64,000 nucleotides of DNA from Podarcis muralis (Eukaryota): contig NC_135657.1 in NCBI RefSeq assembly GCF_964188315.1, positions 95,480,001 to 95,544,000 on the forward strand, in the 5' to 3' direction. Both the position numbers and the translations under genes were made by a program. A model generated the notes under the pieces. That model searched no databases, was not told where the DNA came from, and saw nothing but the letters and a program-made list of their open reading frames with translations. Positions 46,631 through 58,427 of this stretch are shown here, piece by piece. The number at the start of each line of letters is the position of its first letter. Positions within the stretch are counted from its first letter, which is position 1.

Positions 46631-49600
46631 TCTTATGCCTCCATTCCAAAGCCAGACACCTCCTTACCCATCTTTGGAGCGCCAAATATTGGCCTCTTAC
46701 AGGGTGCCACAGTACCCAGGTCCACCACTGGTAAAGAATGTTGCAACACAGTTCATGGGTATCTGAAGTGATCTTACCCATGATAGCTTCATCTTGGGGA
46801 CATAACAGTAAAATTTTTAGTACAAGAATACTTTTAATCCTACTGCACACCCAAGATTCATAACTTTGCTGTCAAATCCTGCTACTGAATAAACTACACA
46901 AACATAAATTGTCCGTTTAACCTAGGTCCACCTAATTTGATTTATGAAATTTGAACTTTGTTCAGAAGCAGTGGGTTTCCAAAATATGAGGCATTTCGAA
47001 ACTATCCGTAACCAGCTCAGGGAATTCAGGAAAAGGCAGAAGCAGTTTTTGAAGAGTATGAAATTCTTACCTTGGCCATCAGAAGCTCCTTTCCTTTTTA
47101 GTATCAATTTACAGGTATTTTACCCACATCTTGCTTACCTGTGCTCCAGAAAGATTTCCAGATAACCAGTCTCTCTTTTGGGGACCTTTGATTGTGCCAA
47201 GGTAGTTGGCCTGGAGGGAAAGAGATTATTTTTCCTTCTAGAATTTCAGTATGTGGAGTTTCACTAAGTGGTCAAAAACAATAGCAGGCAAGACATAAAG
47301 GATGTCATAGCTTTGAAACAAAAATTGCCAGAGAGCATGAAATAATTCTCACCAAACAGTCTTGCCATGACTTCTTAACAACATTGTGTTTATCTGTTGC
47401 CTGTACCCCTAGACTCGGTGCTTTTGTATCTTAAAATATACATCTGCCTGAAAGAATTAATTCAGATTACAGTCATGAGCATCCTTTGCCGAAGCCAGAA
47501 TTAGCCAGCCAGGCATCTAGCCGCTGCAGTCAGAGAAAGACAGAGAAGCCTATTACTAGCAAGGAAACCACTTTAAGGAGACAAAGTGGTAATTAGAGGG
47601 GACTATTGGAAGGGTCACAGAGCTCAAGCTGGCTTTGGTGTCCTTGGCTATTAAAATATTTCTGAATTAATAGGCCTGCCTCAGCTGCAAACTGAATATG
47701 TTTATATTAACTGTACACAGAAAAATGGTTACTACTTTCTGCCATTGCTGCAGAGAGTAAGAGATTTGAAATTGGCAGGATATTTTGAATTGGGATTCCA
47801 TAAAATCTTTGTGAAGAAGCAGCCTGGTCCCTAAAGAAACCCTTGTCAAGGCATGATGGGAAAGGTGAGAAGTCATAAAGGTGAGGATGAGAGACAGGGA
47901 AGGAATTGAAATGCAAATGGAAGAGGGAGAGAGAAGTAAGACTGCCTAGTTGTGATTCCCAAAACTGATTAGTTCAGAGTAGTTTCACTAAAGTCTGGGA
48001 AGCTGGTCCAGGAAAAAGTAGGACATCACTATAGAGCATATAATATAGTATGTCAAAGCAAAATTTCAGTTCCTCCTCCACAGCAAAATATTTGAGTTCT
48101 TTAAAAAAATTTAAAATGGCAATGCTTCCTATGAATGTTCATTTCTGGAAATCAGGCTTCCACATGTCTTTATATTTAGATCCAGTCACACGGGCTTAAA
48201 GTAAAACATTCTGGTTTTGCCCAGTTATTCCCACAAGATATGGTTTATGCCCAGGCAGGCAGATGATGTGACCCATGAGAGCAGCAAAATAACCAGACTG
48301 TATAACGGTGATGGGATAAAATCAGGCCAAATCTTTATGAACAGCAGCAGGCAAGGCAAGGATTGGCATGGCATTGGGTCCCAGGATCAGTTCATCATTC
48401 CACAAGCCCCATGTTGATGAAATGGATCCGCTAGGTTTGGATCGCTCCAAACTTATACCATGTGAGTTGGCCAGTGTTGAATTTTGCCCTGGTGCAAGCC
48501 AAGCAAGCAAGGTCTCACTGGGGAGAGGTGTTGTTTGGGTTGGGTGGAGGTGGAAATGGGCAAGAGGCCCTTCTGTGCAGGTGGATTAACCAGCACATTT
48601 CCCAAGATCATGTTCCTCTTAGTAACATTAGTTCTCCACTCTTGAATTGTTGCTGCTATCATATTTACCAGTAAAGAAAATAAATAGTAATCAAGACCAT
48701 TTTGATTTACTAGCACTTCTGTAATTGCTTTGGCATGTGCACATCTTCAACAGTGGGAAGCCAGAGTAAAAATATAACAGGTAAAGTACAGGTGTCTGAC
48801 TACCATGTAAAGATAATGGTACATGTTGCAAAGCACATGGTTTAATGGACCATATTTGGGCTAGCAGAATAGTTGCTTTTACAAACTAAGGAAGGAAAGT
48901 GTGCCTGAAAATGTAGCTGCTGGTTATTTCATTTGTGAAAGGTCCTTGGGACATCTCATTCTTACGTTTTGGATTAAAGACATGAGATCATATTTAATGC
49001 AACAAATAACTTTTTGTTCATAAGGCTAAAGGTTGTGGATTAAGGGTTGCTTCACAAACAGCATCAGTCACATTGAAGCTGCCAAGCGATAGTTCTGTGT
49101 AAGAGTGATTCCTTGTAGAGTTTGTAATCTGGACTGGCCCAGGACATTTTGCACCCACAAAGTCCCTTGCCCCTGCTCCCCAAGTTGAGGTTGCACCTGA
49201 AACAGAAAATTCCCAAAGCATCAACTCCTCCTGGTAGGAAAAATAAAAATTTGAATAACTAACAATTTGTTGCCCTTTCATGGACACCTAAAATCAGTTG
49301 CCTGAGGTAGTTTTCTCACTCTGCTCAATAGTAAGACCGGCACTGTTTGTCATGTATGTAAGTCCCTTGCCATGTGCTTTTAGCACTGTTACAAGGCTCT
49401 CCACACTGACACAATATTTTCCTGGCCAAAGGTGACATTTGTGAGAAGCCTCTTGACAGAGCCAAGCCACGTAGTCAGATGCCTGCATATATTTTTCCTA
49501 CTCACCTCCCTCTCTCAGCAATTAAACTTCCTCGATAACTTAGTGCTCGGGGCTACTGCAACTTATGAAATGGTTCAAACTGTGAAGCCTCAGAATCTAC

Positions 49601-49795
49601 TGAGAAATAATGATTTATTGCATTGACGCTTTTGCTGAAGTTGCCAAACATATCTGTTTTCTACATCTCAGGCTAAAATTCCGTACTTTTCCTACACTTA
49701 CTTCTAGTCAAAATTGTCCTAATTCACTCTCAGCTTGACCTGATACTTGCTCTGGAGTGGGGAGTGAAGAGTTCGTTTTCACATCTCCAAAGTTT

Positions 49796-49933
49796 CAGGG
49801 ATGGAGAACCTGTGGATCTCCAGATGTTGTTGGAGGCCAACAGCCATCAGCCCCAACCAGCATGGTCATTGTTCAGGGATGGTTGCAGTCATAGTCCAAG
49901 AACAGCTGGAGAACCACAGGTTCCCTATCCCTG
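49796..49933. mobile_element. Short foldback/hAT-like MITE; related degenerate copies near 11440-11510, 24950-25085, 44396-44500, 51905-52025, 54660-54750 and 63640-63770
   Basis: Termini CAGGGATGGAGAACCTGTGG / CCACAGGTTCCCTATCCCTG and an internal ctccagatgttg…caacatctggag-type inversion. TSD not preserved. Confidence 0.65.
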
Positions 49934-51470
49934 CTTTATTTCCATCCTGTCTGCATATTTACTATTCCATCCACATGCACCGTAAATTGATTCAAGCAGG
50001 TTGTGCCATGTTACTGATATAGCGATTATGATGTATTTACTGATCATGAGTTTGTCTGTTCCATTTGGCGCAAATGAGAAGTACACAAACTTAAATGCAT
50101 GTGCAGGAAAGGTATTAGGAAGCCTACCAATAAGCCACCTACTTATTAACTCTTTTTAAAATCACAATTGGAAGCTGCAGCAGCAGCAGCTGCTGTTGTT
50201 TAAACAGAGGGTTGAACTCTGCAGGGTGTGCTGCCTGCAAGGTGACTTACCAGGCATCACTGAAAGGATATGGTAGAGGCGAAACATGGTCCACAGTTTA
50301 CCTGAATTGCATAAAGCATCTCATTCAGGCTTAATAAATTGATTTTAGGAAATCATAAAGCATAGTGCAACAGCAAACACAAATGGATAGAGAAAACAAA
50401 TTCAAGTGGAGTGAATTAGTTCTGTTTGCAAGCAAGTAGGTCAAATGCTGCAGCACAAAGAAATTGGAAGTAATGAGGATAGAGCCAAGTATAACCATAT
50501 TAGAATGAACAAAACAGGTTGAGGATTGGGCAGAAATCTTGTGCTGCATTTATGTGAATCATCAGCAGTTGCGGGGGGAGTGCATTTGGCTTATACGCTC
50601 AGTGGGCAAAAGAATTTGGATATGCCCAGTTTACATTGAGACCTAAGCATTTAACTGTATTCTTGAGGGTGAAATCCTACGTATGCTTACTTGGAAGGGA
50701 GTCTTATTGAATTCAGCAGGGTAACTGAGTGAACATGCATAGAATAGAAGTATTGGGCTGTGAGTCCAATGAATTTCATCAGGATTCAAGCCTACTTAAT
50801 TTATCCGGATTGTATCTTATGCATACTGATTTGGCTTTATAATGTGGTCTACATATTGATCCTGAACATTTGTTTCGGAATATCTGTTCAGGTCACAAGC
50901 ATATAAATGCCAATGCTGTACCTGCAAAACATCATGTTAGGTAATGTTAAGTGGGCATAGCTGCTGCTGTGCAATATCTTCCCTACTTACATGCTAGCTG
51001 AAGAGGTTTTAAGATCAGCTGTTAATTTGCAAATGACTTGTGATGGGCTTATAAATAACAAATGCTGTAGGTCTGTGACAGACTTGAGTAGGATGCATTA
51101 TAGATGATAAAGCACCATCAACAGAAGACGTGCTAGAGATAGTCACTATCTATGAATGAATAGACCTTTTTGACTCTGCTGACAATCAATTACTTTGTAT
51201 TAAACTGAGGCGGGTAGCCTATTTAGCATGGACGGACATAATGGAAATGCTTGATGAGGCAGAGGACTGAAGCTAATTCAGATATTATACACTGCATGTC
51301 AAAGTTTCACCACACCTAGAAATCTTTAATATAAATTATTTTTTAAAAACAAAACAAAACAAATATCCTTAACTGGTCTGCAACTTTTTTTTTTAACAGT
51401 CTTCATGAAGGCTGTTCAAAACACAACTATTTTCCCTTGATGAATGAACTGCTGAGATATACTGAGAATC

Positions 51471-51818
51471 GGTAAAGGGACCCCTGACCATTAGGTCCAG
51501 TCACAACTGACTCTGGGCTTGCGACGCTCATCTCGCTTTATTGGCTGAGGGAGCCGGCGTACAGCTTCCGGGTCGTGGGGCCAGCATGACTAAGCCGCTT
51601 CTGGCGAACCAGAGCAGCGCACGGAAATGCCGTTTACCTTCCCGCCAAAGTGGTACCTATTTATCTACTTGCACTTTGAGGTGCTTTCTAACTGCTAGGT
51701 TGGCAGGAGCAGGGACCGAGCAACGGGACCTCACCCCATTGCAGGGATTCGAACCACCGACCTTCTGATCGGCAAGTCCTAGGCTCTGTGGTTTAGACCA
51801 CAGCGCCACCCACGTCCC
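51471..51818 (-). mobile_element. Full-length Sauria SINE
   Basis: tRNA-like head with boxes A and B (TGGCGCTGTGG; GGTTCGAATCC on the minus strand), BovB-related 3' end, TSD tatactgagaat (51458-69) / tgtactgagaat (51819-30). Confidence 0.93.
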
Positions 51819-52371
51819 TGTACTGAGAATAAGGGCCTCTTAATGTTTAAACAAGCTCATGTGGGGAAAGCTAACTTTGAGGTACCCTCATGATGGTTGC
51901 AAGCTGTTCAGAGGCAACCCCTGGGCCTCCAGATGTTGCTCAACTACAATCCCAATGGCCCTTGATAACAGGTGGGCTGTTGGGGTCTCGCAACATCTGA
52001 AGGGCCATGGGTTACTCACAGCTATCCTAGAGGTAATGATGGGGGAGAAATTAATTTCATTCATGTTGTACATCAACCTGTGTTATTCAGTTCTTGAACC
52101 AAAATACAGCTACTCTTCAAAATTTGCACTTCTCCAAATTTTGTGGTGCAGTTCTCCTGCGAAGATAATAAACACATATTATGCAAAACTGCATACGAAA
52201 ACCATCTACTACTGAGCCAGTTTCAAGGTCCTGAATGACTAAGCAAAAGGGTGGGTGCATGGAAGGCAAGTTGTAAGCAACCACAATTTGTGACATTGCA
52301 CAACATTGTTACAGATCGGGGACACGGGAAACAAATGGAAAAAAAATTCACCACACCTAGGAGACATATGT

Positions 52372-52727
52372 GGGACGTGGATAGCGCTGTGGGTTAAACA
52401 AAGAGCCTAGAACTTGCCAATCAGAAGGTCGGTGGTTCGAATCCCCGCAACGGGGTGAGCTCCCGTTGCTTGGTCCCTGCTCCTGCCAACCTAGCAGTTC
52501 GAAAGCACGTCAAAGTGCAAGTAGATAAATAGGTACCACTCTGGTGGGAAGGTAAATGGCGTTTCCATGCACTGCTCTGGTTCACCAGAAGTGGCTTAGT
52601 CATGCTGGCCACATGACCCGGAAGCTGTATGCCGGCTCCCTCGGCCAATAAAGCGAGATGAACGCCGCAACCCCAGAGTCGGCCACGATTGTGCCTAATG
52701 GTCAGGGGTCCCTTTACCTTTACCTTT
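52372..52727 (+). mobile_element. Full-length Sauria SINE
   Basis: Box B GGTTCGAATCC at 52434-44, (ACCTTT)n tail, perfect 13-bp TSD taggagacatatg (52358-70, 52728-40). Confidence 0.94.
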
Positions 52728-53056
52728 TAGGAGACATATGCCTGTATATCTAAAGTTGCTTACCCCAGAAGTAAGTCAGCGCTTAAAAATTACAACCTGG
52801 GATTGTGTGGAAAATACATAGTTTTGAGTTTATCCCTGCACGCATATGGGTTGGAACCTTTCTTTTAAAAAATAGAATACATAGTTTACTCTTCTGGTAA
52901 TATGCTGTCCATGGGACACTTATATTTAGCCCTGTATTAAGCCTCAAATCTGTAAGTTTTGTAAGGCAAAGCCACCTCTGAAACCTTCTGAATTGGGCCA
53001 ACCAACATATTCCTTTCTGTGGTGATGCTAAATATGGGGGGGGGGAGAGGGAAATG

Positions 53057-53058
<2 letters not shown>

Positions 53059-53108
<50 letters not shown>

Positions 53109-53240
53109 TTATTATTTGTACCCCGCCCATCTGGCTGGGTTTCCCTAGCCACTCTGGGCGGCTTCCAACAAAGATAAAAAATACACTGAAATATCACATA
53201 TTAAAAACTTCCCTGAACAGGGCTGCCTTCAGATGTCTTC
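53059..53240 (-). mobile_element. Young L2-clade LINE 3' end with (AAT)n tail
   Basis: (AAT)n at 53059-53107, then tgtaccccgcccatctggctgggtttccctagccactctgggcggcttccaac…cagggctgccttcagatgtcttc, the reverse of a recalled lacertid LINE 3' end. Confidence 0.65.
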
Positions 53241-53789
53241 ATATGTTAAGGGGGGGGGGGAGAAAAGAGGGTGAAAAGAAGCACACGAGTTGAGGAAAGA
53301 GGGAAACTGAAAGTAATGGTTGTACAAATATACAAAATTCAGATAAAGAGAGAAGGGCTGCCATACATCCTGGAGAGAGGGACTGGAGAGAAGGGCTGCT
53401 TTGTCCTGGATATTAGTCAAGTCAATCGAAATATCACATTTTTTTGCGTTTTTCTCCTGGCAATCCTACGAGAGAGTAGAGAGTGCTATGAGATGGACAG
53501 AGAGAAAGGAGAAGAGTTAATGAAGATGGGAGTGCCAAGACAAATGTGCTGCAAAGGAAGCAGAAAGAAAAAAGGCGGATAATAGAATGGGCTAAAATGT
53601 GACACATACTCTTGAGTAGAAACCGCTGTCAGTTTTTTGAATTGTGTACCTCTGCTCTACACTTGAGGTGGCCAAGTGAATGGGGGGGGGGGGGGGAATC
53701 AAGACTTGCTAAAGGAGTATAGGACCAGGTTCTGGGGATATAACATGGCTGCAGGCAACTGTGTGTTTAAGAAACGTCTTTGAGGGAGA

Positions 53790-54125
53790 AGTGGTTTTTA
53801 AGGAGGGAATCTGCAGAGAAGAAAGTGTTGGCTTGTCAAGGTAAACGAAGGTTGTCCAAAGCACATGGAACAGCATGGGTGATGGCACAAAGGCAAAGAC
53901 AGGTAGAGAGAATCAAAGAGAGTGATAGCGGATCAGTTTGCACAGAACAGAGACAGCAAGAACGGGGGTATGGAGAGATGAGAGAAGCGTCAAGGCCAAA
54001 GAAGTGGAGAGCCTTAAATGTAAGGATCAGGAGGTGCTTGAAGTTCATGAAAGTGACACAAAGAGACAGTGCAGAGATTTAAGCAGAGGTGCCTCCCAGA
54101 GAAGAAATTGATTTTAACAGAAGCA
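53790..54125 (-). mobile_element. Ancient L2 ORF2 C-terminal fragment
   Basis: ORF 53836..54048(-) FKHLLILTFKALH…SLISPYPRS…AITHAVPCALDNL matches the L2 motif KLL.LTFKALH.L.P.YL..LIS…AF.HA.P.AWN.LP. Confidence 0.72.
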
Positions 54126-54307
54126 TTTCAAATTGAGAGGACGAGAGGTGGCAGGATACCTAAAAAAGAAGGATGCGGTTTGATAGGGGGGAGAGATGAT
54201 GCGGGATGCATGGGTGAAACCTTTATGGCTGGCATAGTTAGGGACGATGACAGCAGTGCTTCCAAGAGTTTTGAAATGACTACAAATTTTCCAAGTATTC
54301 TAAAGTA

Positions 54308-54310
<3 letters not shown>

Positions 54311-54350
<40 letters not shown>
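54311..54350. repeat. (TG)n microsatellite
   Basis: Direct reading. Confidence 0.97.
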
Positions 54351-54356
<6 letters not shown>

Positions 54357-56133
54357 GGAGAGTGCAGTTAATTTCATAGGGGCAATAGATCAATGACAGA
54401 AAAGCAAAATTCTGTATAATAAGACATGGATGTCTGCCCTATGCACAAAAGAGCCCCAAATCAACACATATTGTGGCCAGAGGCTTTTTGCACTCACTCT
54501 CTATGAAGGAAAAATCCCTATTTACCTGTGCAGAATATACTTGTCATAGTAGATATTGGAAAAACCATTATGTGAGTAGATCTTTCATTTCTTCTTTGGT
54601 CCTCTGTTGCACTGCCTGCTGTTTGCACCAGAAAGATGATGGTTGCATTATTTAAGTCGAAGTTGGGGGACCTGTGCCCCTTCAGTTGCTATTGGAACAT
54701 CCCTGGAGCCAATGGGATCAAACAACATATGGAAGACCACAGGTTTCCCACCCCCACCCCACCCCTGCCATTTTAGTCTAACTTTAAAAAGTCATCATAA
54801 TGATTTGTTTCCCACCATGATGTTAGAAAGCTCCTCCACAAACTGACCCAGATGCATGTTCCATTATGAGAAGCTTTTGGAGCCTTTGTCTGTCAGGATC
54901 ATGGCAGCTACCAATACTAAATTATAGTTGCATTCTTCATCAGAATCCCTGAAACACTGACATATGTTTCAGAATAAGAAGAAACACCGAAAAGCAATCG
55001 AGGAAAATGTGGCATCTTCCAATATGTGTGCTGTGCTTTGAACCCTGACTTACCATGGTTCTAGAATGCCTGGGAAGCCTCCACAAATGCACCTCCTACT
55101 TTTGCCCTCCAACTCATTTATTTACTTATTTTTACATCTATACCCTGCAGATTACGTTTATACACCAGCAGGCTGATGTTTGCTCTGATTTAGAGTGGAA
55201 GAGTGGGTTTTCCCTGGGGAAGGGGTGGGGCAAGGAGAAAACCTCTTGGACCCATGCCTAGAAAGTGTGGGTCAAGTGGGCAACCACTCAGACCCGTGCT
55301 TTCTAGGCACAGGGCAAGCAGAAGTGTGGGCGAGCCCTTAATGCTGTACACAAATGCCTGAAGAGGTATTGTCCCTCACCATCGTTTCAGAAAACCTGTA
55401 CCTAATTGGGTCATTGTCATAGTCAACCCATTGCTACTTTGTGCCTGGCTTGTGCATGGCTCTCCTCTAACAGCAAATACTCCTTACTACCTCAGCTCAT
55501 TGCATGAGTTCATAACTAAGCATTTCTCATGCTATGTTCTCCATGCAGTATTTCACCACATTTCACAACTATCCCAGTTTTCTTTTTCCCTTCATAAAGG
55601 CTATCCCTGCAGATCAGGACTCTTGACAGTTGTGTTTGTGGAACGATCTGATTTTATGATTATTGAAAAGTGATTAAGAAAAATTGAAGCAAAATATGTT
55701 CCAACGTCAACACACTTGTGGCACGTAGCATGATTCCACAGATACCTTAAGTTGCAGGGTGTGTCTCTTGGGTGTGCAGTGTATCTTACATGCTGCAGTC
55801 CTCTGTGGAATCTTTGTTATTGAGGACAAGCACCACAGCGGCAGGTGGAGGCAAAATTCAGTTCTAAAATTAAAACATGGTGGGGTTTCTTTTGGTAGTT
55901 TTGAGCAGAGTTAAAAAGCTTGGAATCTGGAGCTACCCAGATCCACCCCCTCTTCTTCCCCATTCACACATCACTAGTGTTGCTTTAAAAGGTAAACCAT
56001 ACAGAGGTCCTTACAGTTTTTTTTTCCATATTTACAAGGATGGCTTCGGATTCTAAGCCTACATGGTGGAAACTAGTTTCATGGCTGCCTCGGGTGGTGG
56101 GAATGGCTGGAAACCACAATGTATATTTCAACA

Positions 56134-56147
56134 CTGCCCTCTGCTGA
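56134..56147 (-). promoter_or_regulatory. Candidate CTCF site
   Basis: Minus strand TCAGCAGAGGGCAG matches 13 of 14 positions of CCASYAGRKGGCRS. Confidence 0.35.
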
Positions 56148-56914
56148 CCGGAGGCATGAAAGGTTGCTTATATTCAACAACCAGAATGTTATCTTTAATG
56201 GCTCAGCTTTTGCTTATGGAAGGGAAGAGAAGTCATTCACATATATGGCCAGGGGAGAAGGGAGTACGTATTCATTCATTGGGGGGGGGGGGATGTTAAG
56301 GGAAAGGAAAGAAAGCTGCTCCCTGCCACTTTGTGACCCCAGCTACTGAGAATCTAGGTTGTTCCATCCTGCGTCGTCCCAACCTGGTTGTTGTTTCTGC
56401 TTGATTGGCAGATCGTTAAGGGTTGCTGGGGAATGACTTTCATATATAGATGAACAATATTATTCATGTAATGGATACCTACCATTCATTTCAACAGTTC
56501 CAACAGGCATTACAGGATAAATGAATCTATTTGTTATGGAACCATTATAAGAACAGAAATATCAACAAAATGTCTACCTGTGATAATGTAGCACATAGGT
56601 TAATAAGCACTTACTGGTATTTAGCAAATACTCTTTTGTGAAAGATTTTGTTAAGGTTTTTGCCTGCTTTGTTTGGACAAACAAAATGCTTTCTGAAAAT
56701 GCATGCATATGCCTTTATGTACTTGTATTTTTAAAATTATATGCTGGAGATATGCAGTCTATAATTATTAATTGAAACATCCAACTACTACATATTTCCC
56801 CAAGAGCCCCATGTCTTTTGATCCTCTCAGGAAATGTGATTAATATAATATAATATAAATATAAATATAATAATACTATATGTTAGTGTTGTGGAGCTTA
56901 AATGAATAGCCTTT

Positions 56915-56917
<3 letters not shown>

Positions 56918-56963
<46 letters not shown>

Positions 56964-56982
56964 ATGTGTGTGTGTGTGTGTG
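56918..56982 (+). repeat. (GT/TG)n microsatellite interrupted by CA, creating TGCATG at 56961-66
   Basis: Direct reading. Confidence 0.97.
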
Positions 56983-57311
56983 TATCCCCAAGTGTTAACT
57001 GCTGAACAATAGGATTGGGGATATTTGGAAAGAACACACACAAGTAAACTAGCACAAATAATCCAACTGTTTTCAAAAAGCAAATTAGAAAGAAAAGATC
57101 AAAATAAAAGTTTAAAAACTATTTGAGATTATAATGTCAAATAAAAAAATTGGTAAGAAAATATGTTTTCTAAGCCCAGTAATGCTTCACTAAGAAATTA
57201 GCAAAGGTATAAGTGTCCTTTTCTCCATAAGAACCATCAGTTTTCTTAATCCTGTAACCTAAAATTAAATTAATATGGTTTTCTTAGTGCTTATGAGCCA
57301 CTGTATGCTAA

Positions 57312-58427
<1,116 letters not shown>

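Noticed and set aside
50160-50200. ASCL1-type E-box GCAGCTGC and scattered MYT1L AAAGTT motifs as an autoregulatory enhancer
   Set aside because: The E-box sits in a CAG micro-repeat, and 6-8-mers occur by chance at this frequency in 64 kb.
54311-54355. Cryptic exon ending at TGT|gtaaga after the (TG)n tract
   Set aside because: No convincing upstream acceptor identified.
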